A DNA stretch of 64,000 nt from Thermodesulfobacteriota bacterium. Its GTDB lineage: Bacteria > Desulfobacterota_D > UBA1144 > Nemesobacterales > JAJCZQ01. The position numbers and the translations under genes were made by a program. The DNA lies in NCBI GenBank assembly GCA_965203965.1, contig CBDBDR010000017.1, positions 1,443,947 to 1,507,946 on the forward strand, written 5' to 3'. A model generated the notes under the pieces. It made no database searches. It was not told the origin of the DNA and worked only from the letters and a program-made list of their open reading frames with translations. How positions within the stretch are numbered: position 1 is the first letter of the stretch; every line of letters begins with the position of its first letter. This document shows, piece after piece, positions 51,805 to 60,891 of the stretch.

Positions 51805-54273
51805 ATGGCAAAAATACAATGTTTAATTAGGGACAAGGAAGTTAACGCCACAAAAGAAGAAAGAGTTCGGCAAAGTTTTTTAAGTCACCTTATATTTTCC
51901 TTGGAGTACCCCAAATCTCTTATTAAAGTTGAGGTACCAATTAAGCATGGGTCGTCGGAAGTATTAGATGTTGAAACTCGTAAGAAAAAACGGGCTGATA
52001 TTGTGATATATGAAAATGAATTGCATGAGGATATTAAAGCAATCGTGGAAGTAAAAAAACAGCATGAAAACTCCGGCTGGGAACAAATTAAGTCATATGG
52101 CAATGTGACTAACGCAAAATATTTGGTATGGCATAACGGCAGTGATATTACTTTGACATGGAAAAGGGTAAAAGTAACTGGAAGTTGGAGATGGAAAAAA
52201 ATTGGATTTTTGCCTCACTTTGGTTTTGAAGATGGAGATTATATTCCAAATAAAAAAGATTTAGAAAATATTCAGGATTTACGGGGACTATTTGAATCAA
52301 TCAATTCTGCTATTTGGGTAAATAGTAATATTAAAAATAAAAAAGATATTTTTTTGCAGTTTATTTATGTTTTGTTTACAAAATTATTTGATGAAAAGTA
52401 TAATACCAAACCTCAATTTTATATTCTTGATAGTGAGTATGAGAAAATAATAAAAACAGGAAATTGTAAAAAATTTAAAAAAAGGTTTCTAGAATTATTT
52501 GAGGAACTTACAACAAATCCAAGTTTTCAAGATATTTTTGATAACTCTGACAGAATAAAACTTGAGCCACATCTTCTTGGCGAAATAGTTTACAAATTAC
52601 AATATCTAAAAATTACTGGCACAGACATAAAAGGAGAGGCTTTCCAGATGTTTTTATCTCCTTATTATAGAGGAGAAAATGATCAATTCCTAACCCCGGA
52701 ACCAGTAATTAAAATGATTGTGGAAATAATTAAACCTTCAATTAAAGATGTAATAATTGATCCTGCTTGTGGAACTGGGAGATTTTTAACTAATACAATT
52801 TCTTATTTAAGAAATAATATAGAGGATGCAGAATTTAGCGTTAAAGAGTGGGCATCAGAACACATTTTCGGTATCGAAACCGATACAATGCTCTCCAAAA
52901 TATCTAAAATTTATATGGTTCTTATTGGTGATGGTCATACAAATATTTATCACAGAAATAGTTTAACTAATTCCGTTGATTCATATGAAGTAACAAGGAA
53001 TAAAATAACCATAGCAATAACAAATCCGCCTTTCGGATCCAAGGAGAAAATAACCAGTAGAAATGTATTACATTATTATGATTTAGGATACGATTATGAT
53101 AATGATGAATTAGTAAAGACTGCAAATATTAAAAAAAATGGGCAAGGTCAAGGAATTTTAATGCTTGAAAGATGTATTCAGTTTTTAACAAAAAATGGAC
53201 TTGTTGGTATTGTCATGCCAGATGGCGTATTATCAAATTTAGGCGATAAGTATATAAGAAGTTGGATAGTAAATAACTGCGAAATACTAGCTATCATATC
53301 TTTACCTGAAGAAACTTTCCGAACTAAAATTATTGGAGCCAATGTAAAAACTTCCGTTTTGATTTTACGTAAGAAAGCAGGTACTAAAAATCACAATATT
53401 TTTTTTGGAATTCCTAAAACAGTTGGCTATGATTTTTCTGGTTACCCAATAAAATCAAATGAAGTATTAGATGTCCCTAAGTATTATAAAAATATTATTT
53501 CTGACAAGTCTACTTCTAATACTCAATACTTTACCACTGCTTTATCAAACGAAGAACTAATTGATAGAATGGACACTAATTTTTATTCCAATATGCACAA
53601 TTCGCTATTGAGCAGTGAATATACTATCAACAATTTTTGTGATGTTTTTACAGGAAAAACGCCTAGTAAATCTGATTATTTAGACAATGGAGAAATTAAA
53701 ATACTTAAAGTAAGGTGTTTAACCAATGAAATGATAGATTGGTCTGATAAAAATAAGGATTATGTTACAAAAAAATGGTTTTCTAAATTAACAAATGAGA
53801 TAGATGTACAAAAGGATGATATTCTGATTGCCGCCGCCGCCCATGTCGCAAAATATATCGGAGATGAAATTGATATTGTTGATCATATTCCCAATAAATA
53901 TAAAGCCGCAATTGCCTCTGCGAAAATTAATGTGATACGTGTAAAAGACAAAAATGAAATCAATCCTTATGTGCTTTTATGTTTTTTGAGATCCCAAGAA
54001 GGATATAATGCTGTTCAATCAATAGTTCGAGGGCAAACTGGTGAAATTTATCCACAGGTTATTTATAAGGTCAAAATCCCATCTGAATTAATAAAATTAT
54101 CACAAAAAAAGGGTGTAGAAATTGAGAAAAAACAAAAAAATCTTATGAAAGCGATAAGGAATTCAAGGAATAAACTTCAAGAAATTGAAAAATCCACGGG
54201 CATGATTAGACATTCAAATATTTTATTAAATCAATACGAATATATTGAGAAAAAAAACACTACCGATGAATAG
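51805..54273 (+). CDS. Single-chain restriction-modification enzyme: HsdR-N-like nuclease + N6-adenine methyltransferase + target recognition domain (cassette 2)
   Basis: EERVRQ...VE...RADIV...VEVKK, QFLTP, DPACGTGRFL and TNPPF, plus an HsdS-like C-terminal domain (TGKTP...KDDILIA). Very AT-rich. Confidence 0.85.
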   Translation: MAKIQCLIRDKEVNATKEERVRQSFLSHLIFSLEYPKSLIKVEVPIKHGSSEVLDVETRKKKRADIVIYENELHEDIKAIVEVKKQHENSGWEQIKSYGNVTNAKYLVWHNGSDITLTWKRVKVTGSWRWKKIGFLPHFGFEDGDYIPNKKDLENIQDLRGLFESINSAIWVNSNIKNKKDIFLQFIYVLFTKLFDEKYNTKPQFYILDSEYEKIIKTGNCKKFKKRFLELFEELTTNPSFQDIFDNSDRIKLEPHLLGEIVYKLQYLKITGTDIKGEAFQMFLSPYYRGENDQFLTPEPVIKMIVEIIKPSIKDVIIDPACGTGRFLTNTISYLRNNIEDAEFSVKEWASEHIFGIETDTMLSKISKIYMVLIGDGHTNIYHRNSLTNSVDSYEVTRNKITIAITNPPFGSKEKITSRNVLHYYDLGYDYDNDELVKTANIKKNGQGQGILMLERCIQFLTKNGLVGIVMPDGVLSNLGDKYIRSWIVNNCEILAIISLPEETFRTKIIGANVKTSVLILRKKAGTKNHNIFFGIPKTVGYDFSGYPIKSNEVLDVPKYYKNIISDKSTSNTQYFTTALSNEELIDRMDTNFYSNMHNSLLSSEYTINNFCDVFTGKTPSKSDYLDNGEIKILKVRCLTNEMIDWSDKNKDYVTKKWFSKLTNEIDVQKDDILIAAAAHVAKYIGDEIDIVDHIPNKYKAAIASAKINVIRVKDKNEINPYVLLCFLRSQEGYNAVQSIVRGQTGEIYPQVIYKVKIPSELIKLSQKKGVEIEKKQKNLMKAIRNSRNKLQEIEKSTGMIRHSNILLNQYEYIEKKNTTDE

Positions 54274-54418
54274 GTAAAAAATAATTAAAGCCTATTGGGA
54301 GTTGTAGACAAAGGGAATTCACCCCTTTCATTCTCTCTTCTCCTTGCCCAAAAAGAGAAAGAAATTTGAAAATTTTTTAAAACAAACTTTCTTTCAGAAA
54401 ACAAAAAAAGAATACATT

Positions 54419-54520
54419 GGCTAACAACGAGTATCCAGTTACGGCTTTTCCGAAAGCCGCCGCCCAAATTTTTATTCCACCTCATTCCAGAACAACTTCG
54501 GATACTCGTAAACGTTAAGG
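54419..54520 (+). repeat. attC site 2
   Basis: GGCTAAC, then ACGAGTATCC ... GGATACTCGT (perfect 10-bp inverted repeat), then GTTAAGG. Length 102 bp. Confidence 0.8.
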
Positions 54521-54718
54521 AGGAAAAAGAATTTGCCGCCAAGTTCGGCTTCGTCGAGCAAAGTCCAGCATGATTGGAACTAGAAAAACTTGAAATCGAC
54601 AGAAACGGTCGGCCGCCCTTGAAATCAGTTACCCGTAAAACGAATTATTCAGCAAAAGTCCGGTCTGTTATATTGGGTAAACAATACCAATTACAAAGAA
54701 GGTGTGGATATGATGAGA
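54514..54718 (+). repeat. Direct repeat copy 1 (~205 bp)
   Basis: Matches 56006-56209 with about a dozen differences by manual alignment. Confidence 0.92.
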
Positions 54719-55158
54719 GGTTCATATTTCCTTTTAGAGAAAAGCGTAAGAAATTTTTCAAATTTAATAATTTCAATTTCAAAGATGAACCCAAAACTTT
54801 GGGAAATTGATGTGCCAAATTATAATGATGAAAACATTTCTTTATTATTAAATTGCAAACAAAATATTATTGATGCACTTGGAAAAGAGAATAAACCAAG
54901 CGACACTTTAGTAACAAAAATAATGTTAGGTGTTTTTGCCAATATTCCTGCATTTGACAAATACTTTAGAAAGAGTCTTAAGGTTCATTCTGTAAATAAA
55001 AATCTTTGTTAAAAATAAAAGAGTTTTATTTAGAAAATAAAGAAGAATTTGACTCTTTCAAAATTCATACGTTTGATTTTTTAACATCTAAAAACACCGA
55101 TAATATTTACACAAAAGCAAAATTGATTGACATCTGTGGATTTATGGACGGACAATAA
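54710..55158 (+). pseudogene. 5'-truncated, frameshifted hypothetical gene (cassette 3 remnant)
   Basis: Reads MMRGSYFLLEKS...DTLVTKIMLGVFANIPAFDKYF. Adding one A in the run at 54998-55002 continues the frame to YTKAKLIDICGFMDGQ* at 55158. Confidence 0.65.
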
Positions 55159-55207
55159 CAGGGCTTTGAATTTACTCTGAAATTTGCCTTTAATCTCAAT
55201 GTTAGGG
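55153..55207 (+). repeat. attC-like site 3 (short, degenerate)
   Basis: CAATAAC overlapping the stop codon ... GTTAGGG. Inner arms pair only weakly. Confidence 0.45.
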
Positions 55208-55224
55208 AAAATTCAAAAATAAAT

Positions 55225-55878
55225 ATGCGGTTAATAGTATGGAAAATACTCAAGAATCTAAAGTTGATAAAGAAAATGCATGAAGTAGTTGTTCAAAGAA
55301 TTGGTGAAGGTATTATGAAAGGTATAGATTTAGCAACCGGTAAAGATGTTGAATCAATCAAAAAATTTGTAGACCATCAGATTAAATTGCACCCTGAACT
55401 AAAAGATAATCCTGATGCACTTGTTGACAGGATAATAAATAAAAGAACTAAGTTTGCGGCATTAACTAGTTTTGTTTGGGGTTGTGGCGGTATAGCTACA
55501 TTAGTTCCAAACTTAGCTCATGTATGGAGAATACAAGGAAGACTAGTTTTGTCTATTGCATACATATATGGCTACGATTTGAATGATCCTGATAGAAGAG
55601 AAGAAATAGCGCTTTGTTTTGCTTTGAGTAGTAGTAATGAATACTTAAAAAATATATTGAAGGAAGCTGGAATAGTAGGTGCCAAAAAGGCTTTGTTAAC
55701 TCCTGCAATGAAGGAGATCATTAAAAAGTTACCTAATAAAATTATAACAATAGCAGGACAAAAAAGTTTGTTGAATGTTGCTAAGATTGTTCCACTTGCA
55801 GGTGGTTTTGTATCGGGGACGATGGATTTCTTTTCAACAAAAGGTATTGGTAAAGCTGCTAAGGATTTTTATTGTTAG
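55225..55878 (+). CDS. EcsC-like protein (cassette 4)
   Basis: GCGGIATL, Q.RLVLSIAYIYGYDL and KIVPLAGGFVSG..D...TK.IGKAA. Confidence 0.7.
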   Translation: MRLIVWKILKNLKLIKKMHEVVVQRIGEGIMKGIDLATGKDVESIKKFVDHQIKLHPELKDNPDALVDRIINKRTKFAALTSFVWGCGGIATLVPNLAHVWRIQGRLVLSIAYIYGYDLNDPDRREEIALCFALSSSNEYLKNILKEAGIVGAKKALLTPAMKEIIKKLPNKIITIAGQKSLLNVAKIVPLAGGFVSGTMDFFSTKGIGKAAKDFYC

Positions 55879-55894
55879 TATATTTTTAAACTTC

Positions 55895-56012
55895 GCCTAA
55901 CACGCCAGTTAGCGATATGTCTGTTTGGAGACTGAGTGTTTCACGGGATTGGATTATTAGTGGTTAAGGTATTGAGAGCAGAAGATCATCAGATACACGC
56001 AAAACGTTAAGT
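55895..56012 (+). repeat. attC site 4
   Basis: GCCTAAC ... GCGATATGTCTG / CAGATACACGC (imperfect inverted repeat) ... GTTAAGT. Length 118 bp. Confidence 0.7.
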
Positions 56013-56209
56013 AGGAAAAGAATTTCCTGCCAAGCCCGGCTTCGCCGAGCAAAGTTCAGCATGATTGGAACTAGAAAAACTTGAAATCGACAGAAACAGC
56101 CGGCCGCCCTTGAAATCAGTTACCCGTAAAACGAATTATTCAGCAAAAGTCCGATCTGTTATATTGGGTAAACAACACCAATTACAAAGAAGGTGTGGAT
56201 ATGATGAGA
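56006..56209 (+). repeat. Direct repeat copy 2 (~204 bp), includes last 28 nt of the methyltransferase gene
   Basis: Matches 54514-54718. Confidence 0.92.
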
Positions 56210-57006
56210 TGATTGAAGGCTTTTCCATCTTCAACCAGCCTTAAATAAGTATCAAAGTATTCAATGTGATATTGGGTGTTTTGAGCTCCCTGCTCTTTGG
56301 CAATTTCCTCTGAATGATTTTTATATGCCTCTCCCCATTTTTTGACCTGTCGTTGGAAATCTGCCACGTATTCTGTAATTTCTTCAATCTGAAAGCCGGA
56401 CAGTTCAAGTTTTTCTCTGTAGCTTTGAAGTGAATCATAGTATTGGGGAATAAGATAACCTCTTGCCATTTTCTGCCTTGTGTCATCATCAAGCATATCA
56501 AAGGTGCCGCTTAAAAACGCCCATTTCCCAGAGTTTTTCAAGACTCTGTAAACCTCACTGAAGAGTCCGACCTTATTCTCAAATACGTTCATTACATTAA
56601 GGCTTATTGCAAGGTCAAAGGTGTTTTCTTCAAATGGCATTCTCATTGCATCCCCTAAGTAAAAAGCCGTGTTTTCTTGTAGTTTCGATTTTTCTGCAAG
56701 TTTTTTTGATACTCTCACTCCTACGTCATTGATCTCTATTCCGGTGATACTACATCCTGATTTACTCGATATATATATGGCGGGACCTCCTGTTCCGCTT
56801 CCCACGTCAAGCACGTGACTCTTGTCATTTATGCCGAGTCTGTATATAAGCTCATCAAGATAACGAGGAGTGATAAATGATTGCTGTCCTATGTCGTCCT
56901 TCGTTTTCCAGATGGTTTTTCTTATGAGCTTGTTAGCAGGGCTGTCAAGTTGGTGAAGCTCTGAATAATCCACCCCTATATGCTTTTTGTTCATTTTTTT
57001 GCTCAC
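56182..57006 (-). CDS. Class I SAM-dependent methyltransferase
   Basis: VLDVGSGTGG, GDAMRMPFEENTFD and RVLK. Confidence 0.85.
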   Translation of the reverse strand: MSKKMNKKHIGVDYSELHQLDSPANKLIRKTIWKTKDDIGQQSFITPRYLDELIYRLGINDKSHVLDVGSGTGGPAIYISSKSGCSITGIEINDVGVRVSKKLAEKSKLQENTAFYLGDAMRMPFEENTFDLAISLNVMNVFENKVGLFSEVYRVLKNSGKWAFLSGTFDMLDDDTRQKMARGYLIPQYYDSLQSYREKLELSGFQIEEITEYVADFQRQVKKWGEAYKNHSEEIAKEQGAQNTQYHIEYFDTYLRLVEDGKAFNHLIISTPSL

Positions 57007-57233
57007 ACTCCATGCTGTTTTTTTATTCTTGTGACTTAATCATAACTTTATTGACTGTGTTTTGCACCCCGAATGTTTGTCTGATCTGTGCGGGAACAGT
57101 AACGGTCTTATAAGGAGAGATTGTAGGGTTACTGTCAATTCTGCATATACTATTATATGTTGCGACTTACTTGTATTATTTATCGGTGTTGTAAATCTAC
57201 GGTTTAGACAGAAAGTGAACCTGTGCTGAATTA

Positions 57234-58085
57234 ATGACTATGGCGGGCAATCTCTATATTGTATCAACTCCAATTGGTAATCTGGATGATATGACTTTCA
57301 GGTCAATTCAGATATTGAAGAGTGCCGATATTATCGCGTGTGAAGATACGCGTCATACAAAAAAAATTCTGAATTATTACAAAATAAAAAACAGGCTAAC
57401 GAGCTACCATGACCATAATGAGAGCCTAAAATCAGCAAAACTATTGAAAGATTTGATGAATGGTAAAAGTGTTGCACTGGTTGCCGATGCCGGTACTCCC
57501 TGCATATCTGACCCCGGCTATAAGGTTGTAAAAATAGCAATAGAAAATGGTATTAACGTTTCAACTATCCCGGGGGTGAGCTCAGTAATCTCTGCCCTGA
57601 CACTTAGCGGTCTGCCGGCTGATTCATTCTCATTCTTTGGGTTTGCTCCCCGAAACAAAAAAGCCGTTACGGTTCTTATAGACGATATTAAATTTATTAA
57701 ATCTACGCTGATTTTTTTTGAATCCCCTAAAAGAATAAGAAAAACGATAAGCTATTTTCTAGACAGACTGGGAAACAGAAATGCTGCTGTTTGCAGAGAG
57801 CTTACAAAGCTACATGAGGAGGTTATACGTGGAACTTTGGAAGAAATAAACCGAGAAATTGAAACTAGAGAAACCGTAAAAGGAGAAATATGTCTGGTGA
57901 TTGAAGGATTCAAGGAAGACAGGAAAGCCAGAATTAGCAACGATATAGCTCCGCTTGATAAGAGGTTGAGGTTGCTAAAAAATATGGAAATATCTTTGAG
58001 TGACGCCGTTAAACTCACTTGTCACGAGCTTAATCTACCAAAGAGAAGGGTTTATCAAAAAGCGTTGGAAATATGGGACAGCTAA
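57234..58085 (+). CDS. rsmI: 16S rRNA (cytidine1402-2'-O)-methyltransferase
   Basis: TPIGNLDD, EDTR, DAGTPCISDPG and RELTKLHEE. Confidence 0.95.
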   Translation: MTMAGNLYIVSTPIGNLDDMTFRSIQILKSADIIACEDTRHTKKILNYYKIKNRLTSYHDHNESLKSAKLLKDLMNGKSVALVADAGTPCISDPGYKVVKIAIENGINVSTIPGVSSVISALTLSGLPADSFSFFGFAPRNKKAVTVLIDDIKFIKSTLIFFESPKRIRKTISYFLDRLGNRNAAVCRELTKLHEEVIRGTLEEINREIETRETVKGEICLVIEGFKEDRKARISNDIAPLDKRLRLLKNMEISLSDAVKLTCHELNLPKRRVYQKALEIWDS

Positions 58086-58087
58086 TT

Positions 58088-58270
58088 TCAGCTCTTATTT
58101 TTATTCTTTGCTGTCCTGTCGGCTTCTACCTGCTGTCCAACTCTTACGCTTTTTTCCACCTTTATTTTTTTATCAGCTGCTTCACCTTGAACACGGACTT
58201 TACATGAATCGCATATTGATTCATTTGATACCTTTCCGCAGATCATACATTTCTTCTGCTTTTTATCCAT
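58088..58270 (-). CDS. Small putative zinc-binding protein
   Basis: CMIC...CDSC. GGAGG RBS. Confidence 0.6.
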   Translation of the reverse strand: MDKKQKKCMICGKVSNESICDSCKVRVQGEAADKKIKVEKSVRVGQQVEADRTAKNKNKS

Positions 58271-58400
58271 AATTGCCTCCTTGCAGCCTTATTTACTTCA
58301 CAACTTAATAATAAATCCTTATCTGGAGATTTTCAAGCGAGGACAGGGTCAAAAATATACATTTTGAAAATTAAGGAGTTACTATAAACTTCACTGGCAA

Positions 58401-59804
58401 ATGCTTAGCCCATGGTTTAGTAAATTTTCTACGGTCTACGTTCTGGGCTTACTACTGTTGATCCAATCTTTCGCTCTGCTGTTTTTATCTCATGGTTTTG
58501 ATATTGATACGGTATGGATGGATCCCATACTGCTTTTTGTAACTATTCTCTTTGTTTCATCGGTTGTTTATCTATTGGCAGTTAATTACAGATTTAGTGC
58601 GGGTAATGGGAGAAAGACACTATTTTACATTTTCGTGGTGGGGTTACTTATCAGAGGTGTAATGCTTTTCTCTAACCCAGTTCTTGAAGATGATTATTTC
58701 AGGTATTTATGGGATGGAGCCGTAACGGCTAACGGTTTTAATCCTTATACATATTCACCCGAGCAAGTTTTGAACGATGACACCCATATTGCAGGACTTG
58801 AGAGTCTGGCAGAAAGATCGGGATCAATCATTGGTAGTATTAACCATCCCCATCTGTCAACTATTTATCCTCCAGTGATCCAAGTGTTTTTTGCAGTTTC
58901 TTATAAATTGGCACCGTTTAATTTTTATTTCTGGAAGTTTTTCCTACTCCTTTTTGATCTGGCGACGTTTTTCTTGCTTTTAATCATTCTCAGGAATTTG
59001 AAAATGCCGTTGGTAAACGTGATGATCTATTGGTGGAATCCCTTGCTTGTGAACGTAATTTTCAATGCAGGACATTTTGAAGCTATAATGTTTCCCTTTG
59101 TGCTTTCGGCGTTGATCCTGGCTTATAGAAAAAAAGCCGTTTTTTCGGTTGCAGCATTGGTCTTGAGCATTGGTATAAAGCTGTGGCCCATAATTTTGTT
59201 CCCATCCATGATGAGGTCGTTCCGTGAGAAGGTAACGGACATGATAAAACCCACATTGGTTTTCTTAATACTGCTTTTTGCAGTCTTTTTGCCCTTGTTA
59301 CTCGTCGGTTCAGACGGGTTGTCCGGCTTTACGGCTTACAGCAAGAGCTGGGAGAATAATGGTTCAATTTTTAAGATAATCCTATTTTTGTTTGAGACTG
59401 TTTTAAGTTTGATGGGTATTCACCCTGGTCACGCACAGGTTCATTCGCGAATTTTCATCTTAATAGCTCTTGTGATATGGGTACTTTTTCAGACGATGAA
59501 GTATGACTTGAGCCGATCTGATTTGTTCAGGAGATCACTATTTATAGTGGCTGCCGTTTTCCTAATTAGTCCGACCCAACTTCCGTGGTATTACATTTGG
59601 CTTCTACCGTTGCTGGTTGTTATACCAAAATTTTCTCTTCTTTTACTGACTTCCCAGCTTTCGCTTTACTATCTTTGGTTTTATTTTGAACCGCGGGGGA
59701 TGGAGAACATTTTCAGAAACGTTATCGTGTGGATAGAGTTTATCCCCGTCTGGATTTTGCTTGTTGTTGAATTTAGAAAAAAGGGTCTGCTGAGAAACTT
59801 TTAA
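58401..59804 (+). CDS. Membrane GT-C glycosyltransferase (GT87/DUF2029-like)
   Basis: EDDYFRYLWDG, TIYPP, YWWNPL, GHFE and PWY, with many TM segments. Confidence 0.75.
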   Translation: MLSPWFSKFSTVYVLGLLLLIQSFALLFLSHGFDIDTVWMDPILLFVTILFVSSVVYLLAVNYRFSAGNGRKTLFYIFVVGLLIRGVMLFSNPVLEDDYFRYLWDGAVTANGFNPYTYSPEQVLNDDTHIAGLESLAERSGSIIGSINHPHLSTIYPPVIQVFFAVSYKLAPFNFYFWKFFLLLFDLATFFLLLIILRNLKMPLVNVMIYWWNPLLVNVIFNAGHFEAIMFPFVLSALILAYRKKAVFSVAALVLSIGIKLWPIILFPSMMRSFREKVTDMIKPTLVFLILLFAVFLPLLLVGSDGLSGFTAYSKSWENNGSIFKIILFLFETVLSLMGIHPGHAQVHSRIFILIALVIWVLFQTMKYDLSRSDLFRRSLFIVAAVFLISPTQLPWYYIWLLPLLVVIPKFSLLLLTSQLSLYYLWFYFEPRGMENIFRNVIVWIEFIPVWILLVVEFRKKGLLRNF

Positions 59805-59916
59805 GACCGTAAACTTTCAATAATATTTGAAAAATTTTTATCAATTGTTAGCTGTTGTGGATTTTCACTATTTTTGTGAAAGAATAATAATACTAAAAAG
59901 TTTTAAGGAGCTACAA

Positions 59917-60891
59917 TTGAACCTTAAAAAGGAATTGTCAACGGCAATTACGATTGTGGAAAAAGCCTGTGATCTTTGCAGTGTAGTGCAGGCAAATCTA
60001 GTTTGTGATGAGACTGCTGAGAAGAAGGATAGGTCGCCCGTTACGGTTGCTGACCTTGGGGCACAGGCAATAGTTATAAATGGATTGAAAAAAGCGTTTC
60101 CCGATGTTTCTATCACGGCTGAGGAAGACGCCAGCGAGATAAGTGACCCATTGAAGAGCAGAACGTTAAAGCACCTTGAACCTTATCTTCCGGGCGTTAC
60201 AGGTGAAGAGATAACAAACATAATCAGTCAAGGGAGATACAAAGGGGGAAAGGAAAGAAGTTTCTGGACGCTTGATCCAGTTGATGGGACAAAGGGTTTT
60301 TTAAGAAAAGAGCAATATGCCGTTGCACTGGCTTTGATTGAGAATGGAGAAGTTTCCCTTGGAGTGCTTGGATGTCCAAATCTTTCAATCAACTCTTTTG
60401 AAAGTGAGGAGGCAGTCGGGACAATTTTTTATGCGGTCAAAGATCGTGGAGCTTATATGAAGTTGGTTGGTTCAGATAATCAGGAACGGATCAATGTATC
60501 ACAGGTTGCCATAGCATCTGATACAAGAGTGTGCGAATCAGTGGAAACTGGCCATTCATCCCATAATGACTCTGCACGGGTTGCTGAATTATTAAAATTA
60601 AACAGGGCACCCATAAGGATGGACAGCCAGTGTAAATACGGCGTTCTTGCCAGAGGGGAGGCTTCCATATACCTGAGGCTGCCAACACGGAAAGGTTACA
60701 GGGAAAAAATATGGGATCATGCGGCTGGGTATATGATCGTGAAAGAATCTGGCGGAGAGGTTACCGATTGTTATGGTAAAAAGTTGGATTTTTCTCTGGG
60801 AAGAACCTTAGATAGCAACACGGGTATTATCGGTTCAAATGGAAAAATTCATAACGAGTTAGTAGAAGCAGTCGGCAAAGTTATCGCTTAA
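59917..60891 (+). CDS. 3'(2'),5'-bisphosphate nucleotidase, HAL2-like
   Basis: SPVTVAD, EED, DPVDGTKGFLR, GVLGCPNL, MDSQCKY and EKIWDHAAG. TTG start after GGAG. Confidence 0.88.
   Translation: MNLKKELSTAITIVEKACDLCSVVQANLVCDETAEKKDRSPVTVADLGAQAIVINGLKKAFPDVSITAEEDASEISDPLKSRTLKHLEPYLPGVTGEEITNIISQGRYKGGKERSFWTLDPVDGTKGFLRKEQYAVALALIENGEVSLGVLGCPNLSINSFESEEAVGTIFYAVKDRGAYMKLVGSDNQERINVSQVAIASDTRVCESVETGHSSHNDSARVAELLKLNRAPIRMDSQCKYGVLARGEASIYLRLPTRKGYREKIWDHAAGYMIVKESGGEVTDCYGKKLDFSLGRTLDSNTGIIGSNGKIHNELVEAVGKVIA

Larger units (their letters stand above)
51015..56012 (+). mobile_element. Decayed integron: integrase relic, putative attI, four gene cassettes with attC sites
   Basis: Co-oriented AT-rich ORFs are each followed by AAC...GTT sites with inner inverted repeats. 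Cassette starts are complementary to their own 3' ends. Confidence 0.75.

Noticed and set aside
51611..51811. 66-aa minus-strand ORF
   Set aside because: It overlaps the attC-like site and the R-M upstream region, and shows no recognisable protein features.
54574..54810. 78-aa ORF, and the opposite-strand ORF 54285..54542
   Set aside because: They span the duplicated segment, the junction and an attC site, so they are most likely spurious.
50837..57006. Prophage or integrative island at tRNA-Ser with a duplicated tRNA 3' end
   Set aside because: I found no repeat of the tRNA 3' end, no intact integrase and no phage genes. The integron model fits better.
57007..57233. Intergenic inverted repeat ACAGTAAC...GTTACTGT, possible riboswitch or ncRNA
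   Set aside because: Only an 8-bp stem, with no recognisable RNA family motif.
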